Part shown: one piece after another, positions 1 to 10,755 of the stretch | How the letters are laid out: every line of letters begins with the position of its first letter | Numbering within the stretch: position 1 is the first letter of the stretch | Virus record (IMG/VR): IMGVR_UViG_2541047431_000016 | Length of the DNA stretch: 19,272 nucleotides | DNA from: a virus | Taxonomy: Duplodnaviria > Heunggongvirae > Uroviricota > Caudoviricetes | Strand: one strand, 5' to 3' | The notes under the pieces: generated by a model | The model's database searches: none | What the model was told of the DNA's origin: nothing | Seen by the model: only the letters and a program-made list of their open reading frames with translations | Position numbers and translations under genes: made by a program

Positions 1-1825
<1,825 letters not shown>

Positions 1826-1888
1826 CCCACCGATAATCCTGTTGGTTAAAACCGGTAATGGCATAAAAATTCTGAATATCTTCACATT

Positions 1889-1916
1889 TTCACACACTGA
1901 CTGTGGCGCTTATAAT
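1889..1916 (+). promoter_or_regulatory. Candidate sigma70 promoter (-35 TTCACA, 16-bp spacer, -10 TATAAT) driving a ~100-nt plus-strand transcript
   Basis: TTCACA at 1889..1894 and consensus TATAAT at 1911..1916; downstream terminator at 1987..2025; no convincing ORF or SD in between. Confidence 0.3.
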
Positions 1917-1986
1917 TTCGCTGCGTTAGTGTTTTTTTGCCCGAGTAACAAAAACAACTCCTTAACATTGATCTTCATTTGTCTGT

Positions 1987-2025
1987 CCCCGCAGCTCCGC
2001 GATCACTGCGGGATTTTTTTATGTT
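1987..2025 (+). terminator. Rho-independent terminator (plus strand) abutting the stop codon of I
   Basis: Stem CCCGCAG (1988..1994) / CTGCGGG (2006..2012) followed by TTTTTTTATGTTTTAT on plus strand. Confidence 0.55.
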
Positions 2026-2706
2026 TTATCCCTGTCGCCCGACAACCACGACCGTTCCGCCCCCACCTTCATCACGGGTGCTGATGTCCTGGGATATACG
2101 GCGGGAGCCAACCAGCATTTCCCCGTAAGGCACCGGCATCGGGTTCCCCTGGGCAATCATGTTATCCAGCGAGGAAAAGTACGTGTTCTGTCTGCCGTTA
2201 TCCGTTGCGCGGTAATCCGGTGTTTTTGCCTTCGGGGCCAGCATCTGGGCCACACCGCCCAGAATCATGCTGGCTCCAAGTGAAAACAGCATCGTGGTGG
2301 CAGAAAAACCACCGGCTGCCAGGGCTGAACCCCATAACGCCATTGATGCCCCGGCAGTGAAGAAAGAGCCCACGATGGCTGCCGCCCCCAGCACAATCTG
2401 CAGTCCACCCTTTCCGGCCCCGGCCAGTCGCGGCACAATATGGATGACCGTTCCCTCACCCAGCTGTTCGTGAAGACGGGCGTACACCGCCTCCGGTGCC
2501 GTGTCATAACCGGCAATACGTATCTGGTACCAGCCTTCGTTCATCTGACGGCGAAAGCCCGGCACCTGTAACGACAGCGCCCGGATGGCTTCCGCTGCCG
2601 TGTTCACATACAGGCTGAGGCGGCGGCCAAATCGTTGTAAATCCCCGTGAAGGCAGATACGTGCCAGTGGCGGTGACGCCAGGCTGAATGCGTTCGTCGT
2701 TGCCAT
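2026..2706 (-). CDS. I: Tail tip assembly protein I
   Basis: ORF track 226 aa; MATTNAFSLASPPLARICLHGDLQRFGRRLSLYVNTAAEAIRAL... and hydrophobic Gly/Ala-rich C-terminus as in lambda gpI; position between K and J. Confidence 0.88.
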   Translation of the reverse strand: MATTNAFSLASPPLARICLHGDLQRFGRRLSLYVNTAAEAIRALSLQVPGFRRQMNEGWYQIRIAGYDTAPEAVYARLHEQLGEGTVIHIVPRLAGAGKGGLQIVLGAAAIVGSFFTAGASMALWGSALAAGGFSATTMLFSLGASMILGGVAQMLAPKAKTPDYRATDNGRQNTYFSSLDNMIAQGNPMPVPYGEMLVGSRRISQDISTRDEGGGGTVVVVGRQG

Positions 2707-3347
2707 TTTTCGGAATACCTCTCCCGTTTACTCAGTTGTTCAGGCAGATGGTGAAGCAGTTCACCGTTGCCGCAGTATATGGCGGCATGATTGGCCACCG
2801 ATGCGCCAAAGCAGCACAGCAGGATATCGCCAGGCTGTGCGGAAGGCAGGGAAATCCTGTAAAAACCAGTCGCCTCCATATTGTCCAGGTACAGGTTCTG
2901 ACCATTGCGCCACCAGTCATCCTCACGCTCAAAATCCGGCATATCAGTCCCCGCCAGATGATAAGCATCCCGGAACAGCGTGTAACAGTCCGTCACCCCG
3001 TGCTCAAAGCGCCGTCCTGTCAGATGTGGCACACAGCGGAATTTGTGAATGTCACCCCGGCAGACCAGCCACCAGGGCAGTGCGCTTTTTATCTGCAGCC
3101 GCCGGTCAGCCTCGCTCAGCCAGGGCAGCCCACCGGGATGACTGTGGACCAGTGCCACAATCTCCCCCTGCATCTCTGCCCGCAGCCAGTCTTCCGGTGC
3201 GATACGAAAATACGCCTCCGGCTCTGCAGAAATATTCACACAAGGGATATACCACTCCCCCTCCGGCGTGCTTATCACGAAGCCGCACGACTCCGCAGGC
3301 GCACACCGCCGGGCATGCGCCAGAATCGCTGATTCAGTCTGTGTCAT
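2604..3347 (-). CDS. K: Tail tip assembly protein K (JAB/MPN plus NlpC/P60-like), about 247 aa from internal ATG
   Basis: Track ORF 2604..3608 is over-extended upstream into L (other frame). Likely start is ATG at 3347 (MTQTESAILAHARRC...). HSHP motif (JAB) and Cys (GVTDCYTLF) / His (NHAAIY) of an NlpC/P60-like domain are visible. The 3' end overlaps the I start by about 100 nt. Confidence 0.8.
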   Translation of the reverse strand: MTQTESAILAHARRCAPAESCGFVISTPEGEWYIPCVNISAEPEAYFRIAPEDWLRAEMQGEIVALVHSHPGGLPWLSEADRRLQIKSALPWWLVCRGDIHKFRCVPHLTGRRFEHGVTDCYTLFRDAYHLAGTDMPDFEREDDWWRNGQNLYLDNMEATGFYRISLPSAQPGDILLCCFGASVANHAAIYCGNGELLHHLPEQLSKRERYSEKWQRRTHSAWRHRHWHVSAFTGIYNDLAAASACM

Positions 3348-3357
3348 AAACCGGGAT

Positions 3358-4056
3358 TTACTGCGAAAGTTTATTAATGGAAAGGAAACCGCCAAAATTA
3401 GCCACCATGCTGCGCATCTCACACCCGCGCATGCACTTGCTGCATCTGTCCTTACGGATATCCGTGGTGGGGTTGTCGAACTCATCCGCCACTGCCCCGC
3501 CCGTGTAACCACACTCATCAGAGCGGTAGGTCCACATACAGGTATTCGCCAGCATAATGCGACCGGGAAACAGCGCTCCGTCCGTCTCCGTCGGTGTTGC
3601 CAGCACAAACGAGGCTGTCATGGCCGTCAGCTCTGACATCTGCTCCACCACCCAGCGGTCTCTCAGCTCCTGCTCCGGGTCCGCTTCCGGATTGCCCGCC
3701 ACAAAATTCACCGCATCCAGAAAACGGGCATACACCCGGCGGCGGACCACCGTGGCACCCACCAGTCTCTGCAAATCCTCCGCCATCCCGGTGACAAGAC
3801 CGAACAGATTGGACACCGTCAGCGACGGGCGGGCACTGCTGCCCTTTCCGTTCATCTCAAAGCCACTGCCCTCAATCGGGTACGCCTGATATTGCCGCCC
3901 CTGCCAGGTCACCGGCTCCCTTTTTTCATTCAGCTCATTGCAGAAAAAATACCGCTCACCGCCCTGCACCGTCAGGTCGATTTCCCAGAGCACCACCCGC
4001 GGTGACTGCTCTGATTTAACCGACTCGTTCAGACTTTCTTCGTGAATATCCTGCAT
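3358..4056 (-). CDS. L: Minor tail protein L
   Basis: 232 aa; MQDIHEESLNESVKSEQSPRVVLWEIDLTVQGGERYFFCNE... matches lambda gpL; order M-L-K conserved. Confidence 0.9.
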   Translation of the reverse strand: MQDIHEESLNESVKSEQSPRVVLWEIDLTVQGGERYFFCNELNEKREPVTWQGRQYQAYPIEGSGFEMNGKGSSARPSLTVSNLFGLVTGMAEDLQRLVGATVVRRRVYARFLDAVNFVAGNPEADPEQELRDRWVVEQMSELTAMTASFVLATPTETDGALFPGRIMLANTCMWTYRSDECGYTGGAVADEFDNPTTDIRKDRCSKCMRGCEMRSMVANFGGFLSINKLSQ

Positions 4057-4385
4057 CAGTTCACCACCTGCTTAAACTCCGCGCTGAACTCAACGCGCAA
4101 CATCCCGACCCGCGCAGACCACCCGGCACAGGTCACCTTTATCTGCCGGTATGCATAGGGTGGCTTCCACAAAAATGCCTTCCAGCCTCCGTGCTCTGCC
4201 AGGAATGCCTCCAGATGTCGGGCCTCCTCCCGGGTCACGGAAAGCGTCACACGGTATGTTTTCAGGTCAGCATTCAGCCCCGCCGCCATACGCTGCGAAT
4301 ACCCGTCACCAAAACGCACTTCACGCACCGATGGCTGCGAGTTCACCTCCATATCCGGCTTCACTTTCCAGCGAAATGTTTTCAT
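4056..4385 (-). CDS. M: Minor tail protein M
   Basis: 109 aa; MKTFRWKVKPDMEVNSQPSVREVRFGDGYSQR... matches lambda gpM (MKTFRWKVKPGMDVASVPSVRKVRFGDGYSQR...). Confidence 0.9.
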   Translation of the reverse strand: MKTFRWKVKPDMEVNSQPSVREVRFGDGYSQRMAAGLNADLKTYRVTLSVTREEARHLEAFLAEHGGWKAFLWKPPYAYRQIKVTCAGWSARVGMLRVEFSAEFKQVVN

Positions 4386-6961
4386 CGCCTGCTCCCCGAT
4401 AACATACCGCCATCACGCAACTGCAGCCGGAGCTCATCCTGCGCCCCCTTGCGGGCCATGTCATACACCGCCTTCATCAGCTGCGGCCCCGCCTGTCCGT
4501 TGGTGCCGTCGTTCTGAATCACCACGTGATTGTTCTGATTAAAATTAATGCCTTCCGTCCGCCGCATCTGCGCCGGACTTCCGGCACCGCCCACATAACC
4601 CCCTTCCGCATAGCCCCGCATCAGGCGGTACAGGTTGCCGACGCCAATCCGGCTGGTTGCCTCCTTCGTGAAGACAAACTCCCCGCGATGAACAATTCCC
4701 GCAGGTTCATATTTACCCCCCGTCCCCGTAAATCCCCCGGTCGCGAAATGGAAGTTCGCCGCCGCAGCCTGAATGGCCGTCCCCGTGGAGGCAGACGCAC
4801 CACCACCGAAAGCACCGCCAATGGCGCTGCCGATACGCCCGACAATGCCCACCATGGCCTGTTTAAGCAGGATTTCTGTCATCATGGACAGCACCGAACG
4901 GGTGAATCCCCGCCAGTCTGCCTCTGCACCGGTCAGCATCGCCGCCATATTCTGTGCAATACCGTCAAAGGTCTGCGTGGCAGCACTTTTAACCTGCGAA
5001 AAACTGTCCGTCGCACTTTCCGCCCACTCGCCCCAGCCGGACTTCAGCCCGGCCATCCAGCTTCCACGAAGCTGCTCCTCCGCAGACCTGGTGTTCTTCA
5101 GTGCCGATGTGGCCTTCGCCAGCGCAGCCGGATTATCACCGTACACGTCCCGAAGACGCTGCGCTTCAGACTCCCGCTGCGCCTGACGGTCAGTGAGACC
5201 GCGGGCTTTTGCGCTGATGGCGGCCTGCTTCGCGCTCTGCTGCTCTTCAAACCGCACCGCCTGCTGTGCCAGCTCATTCAGGCGTTTCTGGTATTCAACC
5301 TTGTCGCCCAGCTCAGCCAGCTGGCGTTTGTACTCCAGCGTCTCGTCTTTATGCGCCAGCAGGGATTTTTCCTGCTCAGATAACTGCCGTTTCGTGGCAG
5401 CCTCTTTCAGGACCGCATACTGATTTTCCGCTTTCCATAAATCGCGACGCTGCTGGCTGATTTTCTCATTCGCACCGCTGTGTTTTTCCAGCGTCCTGAG
5501 CTCGGTTTCAAGCGCCAGCAGGGCAGCATGCGCCTGGTCTTCCTGACGCTCACCGGCTGACACTTTGACTCCTGACGACTTCGGCTTTTTCAGCGTCGAT
5601 TCATAATCCTTTTTCGCCGCCGCCATCAGCGTGTTGTAATCCGCCCGCAGGATTTTCCCGTCTTTCAGGGCCTTATTCAGTTCTTCCTGACGGGCGGTAT
5701 ATTTCTCCAGCGGCGTCAGCAGACGCTCATACGCCTTCTGCGCCTCTCCGGTATACTTCAGCTGTGATGCGTCCCGTTCGGCCCGGTCCCTGGCGGCCAG
5801 TTCACCGGCTTTTTCCATATCCGACTGCAGCGTGGCCGCTGCCAGCCCCAGACGGGCATTTTCCCGGTCATTCCATGCGCCCTGAAGGTTGGCCCGGAAA
5901 GAGGCGGTTTTTCCCCGGCGCTGGCTCCGGCTCTGGTACCACTGCCATTTTTTATCCGCCTCATCAAATGCCTTCTGTGCACTGGCGAGCATATCCGCTG
6001 AGGACTCAGGACGACCGATATCCAGAATGGCATCCCACATCGATTTGAATGCCTTCCCGGTTTTATCCGCCCAGGTCTCCAGTGTCCCCATGTTTTCTTT
6101 CAGGCGACGGGTCTGCTCATCAAAGCCTTTCGTGGCGATATCGTTCGCCGCCTGTAAGGCCCCGGCCTCATCACCGGAACGCTGCAGCTGCGCAACATAC
6201 GCAATCTGCTCTGCCGTCACGTTACGGAACTGGCGCACCATCGCAATCAGCCCCGACGTAGGGTCGGTGGTCAGTTTTCCGAAAGCCTCTGCAACCTTGT
6301 CCACCTCCACACCGGATGCAGAAGCAAAACGCGCGACACTCTGGTTGATGGCATCAAACTGTTCACCACCACGCACACCGGCATTCACCAGGGCTGCCAG
6401 TGACTCTCTCGCCTGGTTAAACGTCAGCCCTGCTGCCTGCCCGGCTCTTGAGAGCGTCAGCATGCGATCGGCAGTCAGTCCGGACTGATTACCGGAAAGA
6501 ACCAGGGTTTTATTAAACGCTGAAAGCGTGGAATCTCCCTGGTACCAGGCGTACACCAGCGCACCTGTCGCCACCGCCAGCGAGGTGACCCCGACCATCG
6601 GCAGGGTGATCGCACCGGCAAGCCCCCTGAACATGGGGATCATCCCGCCGAAGGAGTCCTTCACCTGACCGCCCTGTTGCAGCAGGATCAGCCAGGGATT
6701 CTGACCACCGGCAAGCTGCGTGGCGATATCCGTAAACTGTGCGGGCAGGGTTCGCATGGCCGCTTTATACTGCCCGACGGAAATCCCGGCTTTTTGTGCA
6801 GCCAGCGCCTGGCGGCTCAGGCCCTGTTCAACAGCACTGGCGGTTTTTCTGACGTCGGTATCCAGACCTGAAAAATGACGCCTTACCCGGCTCATCTGCT
6901 CATCGAAACGGACAGCATCCAGACTCAGGTCAATAACAAGATCACCAACCGGCTGGGACAT
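4382..6961 (-). CDS. H: Tail tape measure protein H
   Basis: 859 aa (lambda gpH is about 853 aa); long coiled-coil-rich centre and Gly-rich C-terminal region; ATGA overlap with M. Confidence 0.9.
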   Translation of the reverse strand: MSQPVGDLVIDLSLDAVRFDEQMSRVRRHFSGLDTDVRKTASAVEQGLSRQALAAQKAGISVGQYKAAMRTLPAQFTDIATQLAGGQNPWLILLQQGGQVKDSFGGMIPMFRGLAGAITLPMVGVTSLAVATGALVYAWYQGDSTLSAFNKTLVLSGNQSGLTADRMLTLSRAGQAAGLTFNQARESLAALVNAGVRGGEQFDAINQSVARFASASGVEVDKVAEAFGKLTTDPTSGLIAMVRQFRNVTAEQIAYVAQLQRSGDEAGALQAANDIATKGFDEQTRRLKENMGTLETWADKTGKAFKSMWDAILDIGRPESSADMLASAQKAFDEADKKWQWYQSRSQRRGKTASFRANLQGAWNDRENARLGLAAATLQSDMEKAGELAARDRAERDASQLKYTGEAQKAYERLLTPLEKYTARQEELNKALKDGKILRADYNTLMAAAKKDYESTLKKPKSSGVKVSAGERQEDQAHAALLALETELRTLEKHSGANEKISQQRRDLWKAENQYAVLKEAATKRQLSEQEKSLLAHKDETLEYKRQLAELGDKVEYQKRLNELAQQAVRFEEQQSAKQAAISAKARGLTDRQAQRESEAQRLRDVYGDNPAALAKATSALKNTRSAEEQLRGSWMAGLKSGWGEWAESATDSFSQVKSAATQTFDGIAQNMAAMLTGAEADWRGFTRSVLSMMTEILLKQAMVGIVGRIGSAIGGAFGGGASASTGTAIQAAAANFHFATGGFTGTGGKYEPAGIVHRGEFVFTKEATSRIGVGNLYRLMRGYAEGGYVGGAGSPAQMRRTEGINFNQNNHVVIQNDGTNGQAGPQLMKAVYDMARKGAQDELRLQLRDGGMLSGSRR

Positions 6962-7805
6962 ATCTCACACCTCCCGGAATCCCCGCTGAAGCCATCATTA
7001 ATGCGGCATCATCCACCATGACATCCGCCACATCCGCAGACGATAAAATATCGCGCCCTCCGTCCCCACCGAACCGGACGCCTCCGGCAAGTCCTGCCGC
7101 TTTCTGCATCAGCATTTTGTCCTCATCCGGCCTCTCCACCTGCTCTTCCTCATGCCGGGGGACAAGCAGACTGAAATCAGAGGGATGCATATCCGGATCG
7201 CAAAAAAACAGGCTGAGTACGGCGTACATCAGCCCGGAAAAATGAGCGTCCAGTTGGGTATCCTGAAAATAATGCGTGCAGTAAAAACGTCGCCAGTCGG
7301 CATATTCGGTGGATGTCATCCCGGCAAGCATGGCGCGCCAGTCGGGTCTCCCCATCTCTCGCGCCAGTTTCAGGACAAAGTTCAGCTCGCCTTCGAATGC
7401 TTTTTTTGATGTTACCGACTCAGTCGCTTCTGTTTTCCCGGTTGGTTCAGGATCGGCATCGTGCCGGTTATCCAGCATACCTGAAAGATAAAGCACCCGG
7501 TTCGTTGCCTGATTCAGTGCATCAGCAGGCCATCCCAGCATCACTTCACGGCGGATCTGCTGCATCTCTGTCTCCGGAGAGGCCAGAGTGCCTTTGAGGG
7601 AATGGGAATGCCATAGCGACATCGCCACAAGCAGGGATGCCGTTTCCAGATATCGCTGGTTAATGTGCACGACATCATGCTTCGTTGTCTCCTGTTGTTC
7701 TGCGTCTGAAACAAACTTTATATAATCAAACCGCTGCAGCGCAGACAATTCGGAAAGCGTGACGGACACACCGTTATATTCAAATTGTTCTGTTTTCAGA
7801 AACAT
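6942..7805 (-). CDS. G-T: Tail assembly chaperone G fused in frame to T (G-T read as one 287-codon ORF)
   Basis: N-terminus MFLKTEQFEYNGVSVTLSELSALQR... is gpG-like; C-terminal LNFVLKLAREMGRPDWRAMLAGM... is gpT-like; one continuous frame. A canonical G GGA AAA heptamer plus stop 6 codons later sits in the +1 frame at 7412..7439. Confidence 0.8.
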   Translation of the reverse strand: MFLKTEQFEYNGVSVTLSELSALQRFDYIKFVSDAEQQETTKHDVVHINQRYLETASLLVAMSLWHSHSLKGTLASPETEMQQIRREVMLGWPADALNQATNRVLYLSGMLDNRHDADPEPTGKTEATESVTSKKAFEGELNFVLKLAREMGRPDWRAMLAGMTSTEYADWRRFYCTHYFQDTQLDAHFSGLMYAVLSLFFCDPDMHPSDFSLLVPRHEEEQVERPDEDKMLMQKAAGLAGGVRFGGDGGRDILSSADVADVMVDDAALMMASAGIPGGVRYVPAGW

Positions 7806-7818
7806 GTATTACCTCCGT

Positions 7819-8556
7819 TTACCCTGCAGCGCCCGCTTCAGTAACGGTGACTTCAGCCACTGCGGCGAACTGACCATTTCCGCTCACCACAGGGATCTGC
7901 ACCTTACCTGTCGCCACGCCGTTTACCGTAATTGTCATATCTTTCACACTAATGGTGGCTTTCGACGGATCGGCGGAAACCGCTCTGAACGTCTTGTCGG
8001 TTGCACTTTCCGGCTCAAAAGAAACCGTCAGGGTGGTTGTTTTCCCTTTTGCCACCGTACCGGATGTCGGTGTCACCTTAATTGCAGTGGCCGGCGTAAT
8101 TTCGCTGCGTTCTTCCGCCACGGAACGGACGTCCCACGTTGGTGACTTTCACCGTGCGGGTGATCACTTCTTTCGCCGTCACGGCCTTACCGATACTGCT
8201 GACCCAGCCACGAAACACATCCACCGTGCCATTCGGAAAACGGATTTTATAGGCCCGGACATCGCCGCTTTCAAACCAGCCTATAAGCCCTTTCTGGCCT
8301 TCCTCTCCCGGTTTCCAGGCCAGCGTAAAACTGGTATCACCTGCAGATTTCTGCCCCTGCCCGGTCGCGGTCCAGTCCGCGTCTTCATCATCCAGGTAGT
8401 TATCATCGTAGGATTCTGCCGTCATCTCGCCCGGCGTCAGATCCTTCACCTTAGCCAGTCGCTGCCAGTCATCGTCTGACAACGGGTTTGCATAGGCGTC
8501 ACCCTGACCGTTATAAACCCACAGGGTGGTACCGGCTCCTTTTACCGGCTCCAGGG
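7819..8556 (-). pseudogene. V: Major tail tube protein V, 5'-truncated and frameshifted
   Basis: Two overlapping track ORFs in different frames (8078..8482 and 7819..8121) together match lambda gpV from about residue 8 ([12 protein letters not shown]...[15 protein letters not shown]...; C-terminal Ig-like domain ...[21 protein letters not shown]...). No start codon; frame break near 8124..8125. Confidence 0.8.
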
Positions 8557-8808
8557 GAATTCGTGTTTCGGCTTGACGTAGCCCGGACGTAACACGCGGG
8601 TTTCACCACCGCGATGACGCAGCACTTTTCCTTCAACAACCGGGGAGACATAGGCCGCCACCGGCGTTTTTCCGGTAATTTTGTCCAGCATCACCTCTTC
8701 GGTATGGAAATTCACCGTACGGCGGAAAAACAGCTCCAGAAACAGCGCACGAAATTTCACTTTTTGTTCGGTATAACCGAGTAACTGGCGGGTCGTAAAC
8801 AATCCCAT
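8542..8808 (-). pseudogene. E: Major capsid protein E, N-terminal 83 codons only (truncated by deletion)
   Basis: MGLFTTRQLLGYTEQKVKFRALFLELFF...PGYVKPKHE matches the lambda gpE N-terminus, then diverges into FPWSR-stop where V homology begins. Confidence 0.8.
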
Positions 8809-8837
8809 AAATCAGTTCCTTTCATTCAGAAATCAGT

Positions 8838-8857
8838 CAGGCCACCGCGGTGGCCTG
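8838..8857. repeat. Perfect 20-bp palindrome CAGGCCACCGCGGTGGCCTG in the D-E intergenic region
   Basis: Exact inverted repeat of two 10-bp arms with no loop, between the D stop (8866) and the E start (8808). Confidence 0.6.
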
Positions 8858-8865
8858 ATAACGTG

Positions 8866-9213
8866 TTACGGCAGCGCCGCGTGACTCAGGGCACTGCCGG
8901 CAAAGGCATTTGCCTTTTTGTGTTCATCCACACTTTCAGGCCAGCGGATTGCCTCCGTCGCAAAGGTCCCCGACTTGTAATAGGTCAGTACCGTCTCTGT
9001 GCCTTCAAGCGGCAGTACCAGTATGCCAACTGCACTACCGGCTTTCTGTCCGTCCCAGACCACCAGTTTCCCGCTGGCTTCATCCAGCATCAGGGGCGTC
9101 AGTGCCGGTGTTGCCGAGGAAATCCCGCTGCTGCCTGTGGCGGTATGAGCCGGATCATTACCGGCAAAAATACGTACTTCCGCACGCTGTTCAGTGATGT
9201 TTTTCGTTACCAT
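8866..9213 (-). CDS. D: Head decoration protein D
   Basis: 115 aa; ...NDPAHTATGSSGISSATPALTPLMLDEASGKLVVWDG...YYKSGTFATEAIRWPE... matches lambda gpD. Confidence 0.9.
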   Translation of the reverse strand: MVTKNITEQRAEVRIFAGNDPAHTATGSSGISSATPALTPLMLDEASGKLVVWDGQKAGSAVGILVLPLEGTETVLTYYKSGTFATEAIRWPESVDEHKKANAFAGSALSHAALP

Positions 9214-9249
9214 ATTGTAAAAACCTCCTGTTGATGGTCAGCACTGACT

Positions 9250-10755
9250 TCATGGCATGGCCATGAGCATTTTCACGTCCGCATCACCGTCTGCTGACGT
9301 CTGTGGCACGCCACCCTGTACCGCAGCCGGTGAATGGTTCGCCATGATGCGTTCAAACAGGGCGGTTGTGGATGCAGAGACCGGTTCTGCCTTACCTGAT
9401 CCCGCAGCCAGCACAGCCCGGGCGCTCTCCACAGTCATTCCCGGGCAGGCAGCCAGCTGTTCAGCCTGCGCCTCAGCCCCTTTTGCCTCATCCAGTGCCA
9501 TGATCTGATCACGGAGTGAGGGTCCGGCATCCGCCTGCGGTGAAGCAGCCAGGATCGGGCGGGCTTTTTCCACCGTCATCTCCGGCATCGCCGCCAGCGT
9601 TGCCGCCAGTTGTTCACGACCGTTCGCTTCTTCACACGCCATAATGCGATCGGCTTCACTCTGCGTGGATGCCACCGGCTGCTGCGGTGCCGCCGCGGCC
9701 AGAATCGCCCGGGCCTGTTCAACGCTCATGCCCTGTTGTCCTGCCAGCATCGTGGCAAGCTGTTCACGTCCTTTCGCTTCCTGGCATGTCAGGATCCCCA
9801 TCACTCGCTGGTTCTCCTGCGCGGCGGCTTCCGTTGCAGTTAATTGCGGCATAGTGCCTCCTCTGACATTACTGTTCAGCGCCGTGGCCATCACACTGAT
9901 GGCATCCGACGCATTGACTAATTCATCCGCCAGCCCGGCATCAATGCCGGACTGACCTTCAAAAACGGCGGCCTCTGTTCCCGTGACGGCATCAACAGAC
10001 AGACCGGTAAACATGGCCACTTTTTCGGCAAACATCCGGCGCGCCGCATCAATGCGCTGCTGCATGTTCTGGCGAACCTCTGCCGGTAAGGCTTCAAACT
10101 GATTGCCATCCACCTTGTGCGCCCCTGAGTAAATCAGCGTGATATCCACACCGGCCTGCGCCAGATGACCGGCATAGCTGACATGGCTCATCATCACGCC
10201 AATGGAGCCGATACGGGATGTCTGGGTAACCAGCCGTCGGGAGCAGGCCGACGCCAGCAGCATGGCTGCAGAACAGGCCGTGTCATTGCACAGTGCCCAG
10301 ACCGGCTTCTGCTGACGGAGGCGGTAAATCATGTCAGCGCAGTCAAACGCGCCGGCGGCCTGCCCGCCCGGACTGTCAATGTCCAGCAGTACGCCCCGCA
10401 CCTGGCTATCCGCCATTGCCTGCTGAAGACAGGCGACAATGCCGTCATAGCCTGTCATTCCGGAAAATGGCCGCATACCCCCCAGCCGGTGCACCAGCGT
10501 GCCGGTCACCGGCAGTACAGCAATACCGTTCACCACCCGGTAAACACGGGCCGGTCGTTTACCTCCGGCCATGTACTCGTCCGTTTCAGCCAGCATTCCG
10601 GGAGCATCAAGCTGTACCTGCTGCTGTGGTACCGAAAGACTTGCTGCCCCCATCTCGCGCCCGAGCGCGCAAAAGAAAACCCGCGCATAGGCGGGCTCCA
10701 GAAGCAGCGGTTCATTGAATGCTGCGGCAATAATGTGTGAAAGATTACGTCTCAC
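9250..10755 (-). CDS. C: Prohead protease/scaffold C (S49/ClpP-like protease with in-frame Nu3-like C-terminal region)
   Basis: 501 aa (lambda gpC is about 439 aa); N-terminal two-thirds protease-like; C-terminal region contains three tandem ~47-aa repeats. Confidence 0.88.
   Translation of the reverse strand: MRRNLSHIIAAAFNEPLLLEPAYARVFFCALGREMGAASLSVPQQQVQLDAPGMLAETDEYMAGGKRPARVYRVVNGIAVLPVTGTLVHRLGGMRPFSGMTGYDGIVACLQQAMADSQVRGVLLDIDSPGGQAAGAFDCADMIYRLRQQKPVWALCNDTACSAAMLLASACSRRLVTQTSRIGSIGVMMSHVSYAGHLAQAGVDITLIYSGAHKVDGNQFEALPAEVRQNMQQRIDAARRMFAEKVAMFTGLSVDAVTGTEAAVFEGQSGIDAGLADELVNASDAISVMATALNSNVRGGTMPQLTATEAAAQENQRVMGILTCQEAKGREQLATMLAGQQGMSVEQARAILAAAAPQQPVASTQSEADRIMACEEANGREQLAATLAAMPEMTVEKARPILAASPQADAGPSLRDQIMALDEAKGAEAQAEQLAACPGMTVESARAVLAAGSGKAEPVSASTTALFERIMANHSPAAVQGGVPQTSADGDADVKMLMAMP
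9370..9810 (-). repeat. Three divergent tandem ~140-150-bp coding repeats inside the 3' part of C
   Basis: Repeated protein units ...QEAKGREQLATMLAGQQGMSVEQARAILAAA... / ...EEANGREQLAATLAAMPEMTVEKARPILAAS... / ...DEAKGAEAQAEQLAACPGMTVESARAVLAAG...; matching DNA motifs (GCTGTTCACG...CGCTTC) recur three times. Confidence 0.6.

Noticed and set aside
3348..3608. 5' part of track ORF 2604..3608 (MCWQHRRRRTERC...)
   Set aside because: It overlaps the 3' end of L in a different frame. K homology starts at the internal ATG at 3347 (MTQTES...), so the upstream extension is read-through of a non-coding frame.
8557..8562. EcoRI site (GAATTC) exactly at the E-V deletion junction as a sign of an engineered construct
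   Set aside because: A single 6-bp site is expected by chance about once per 4 kb; there is no vector or linker sequence nearby, and the rest of the locus carries natural decay features (IS, frameshifts).
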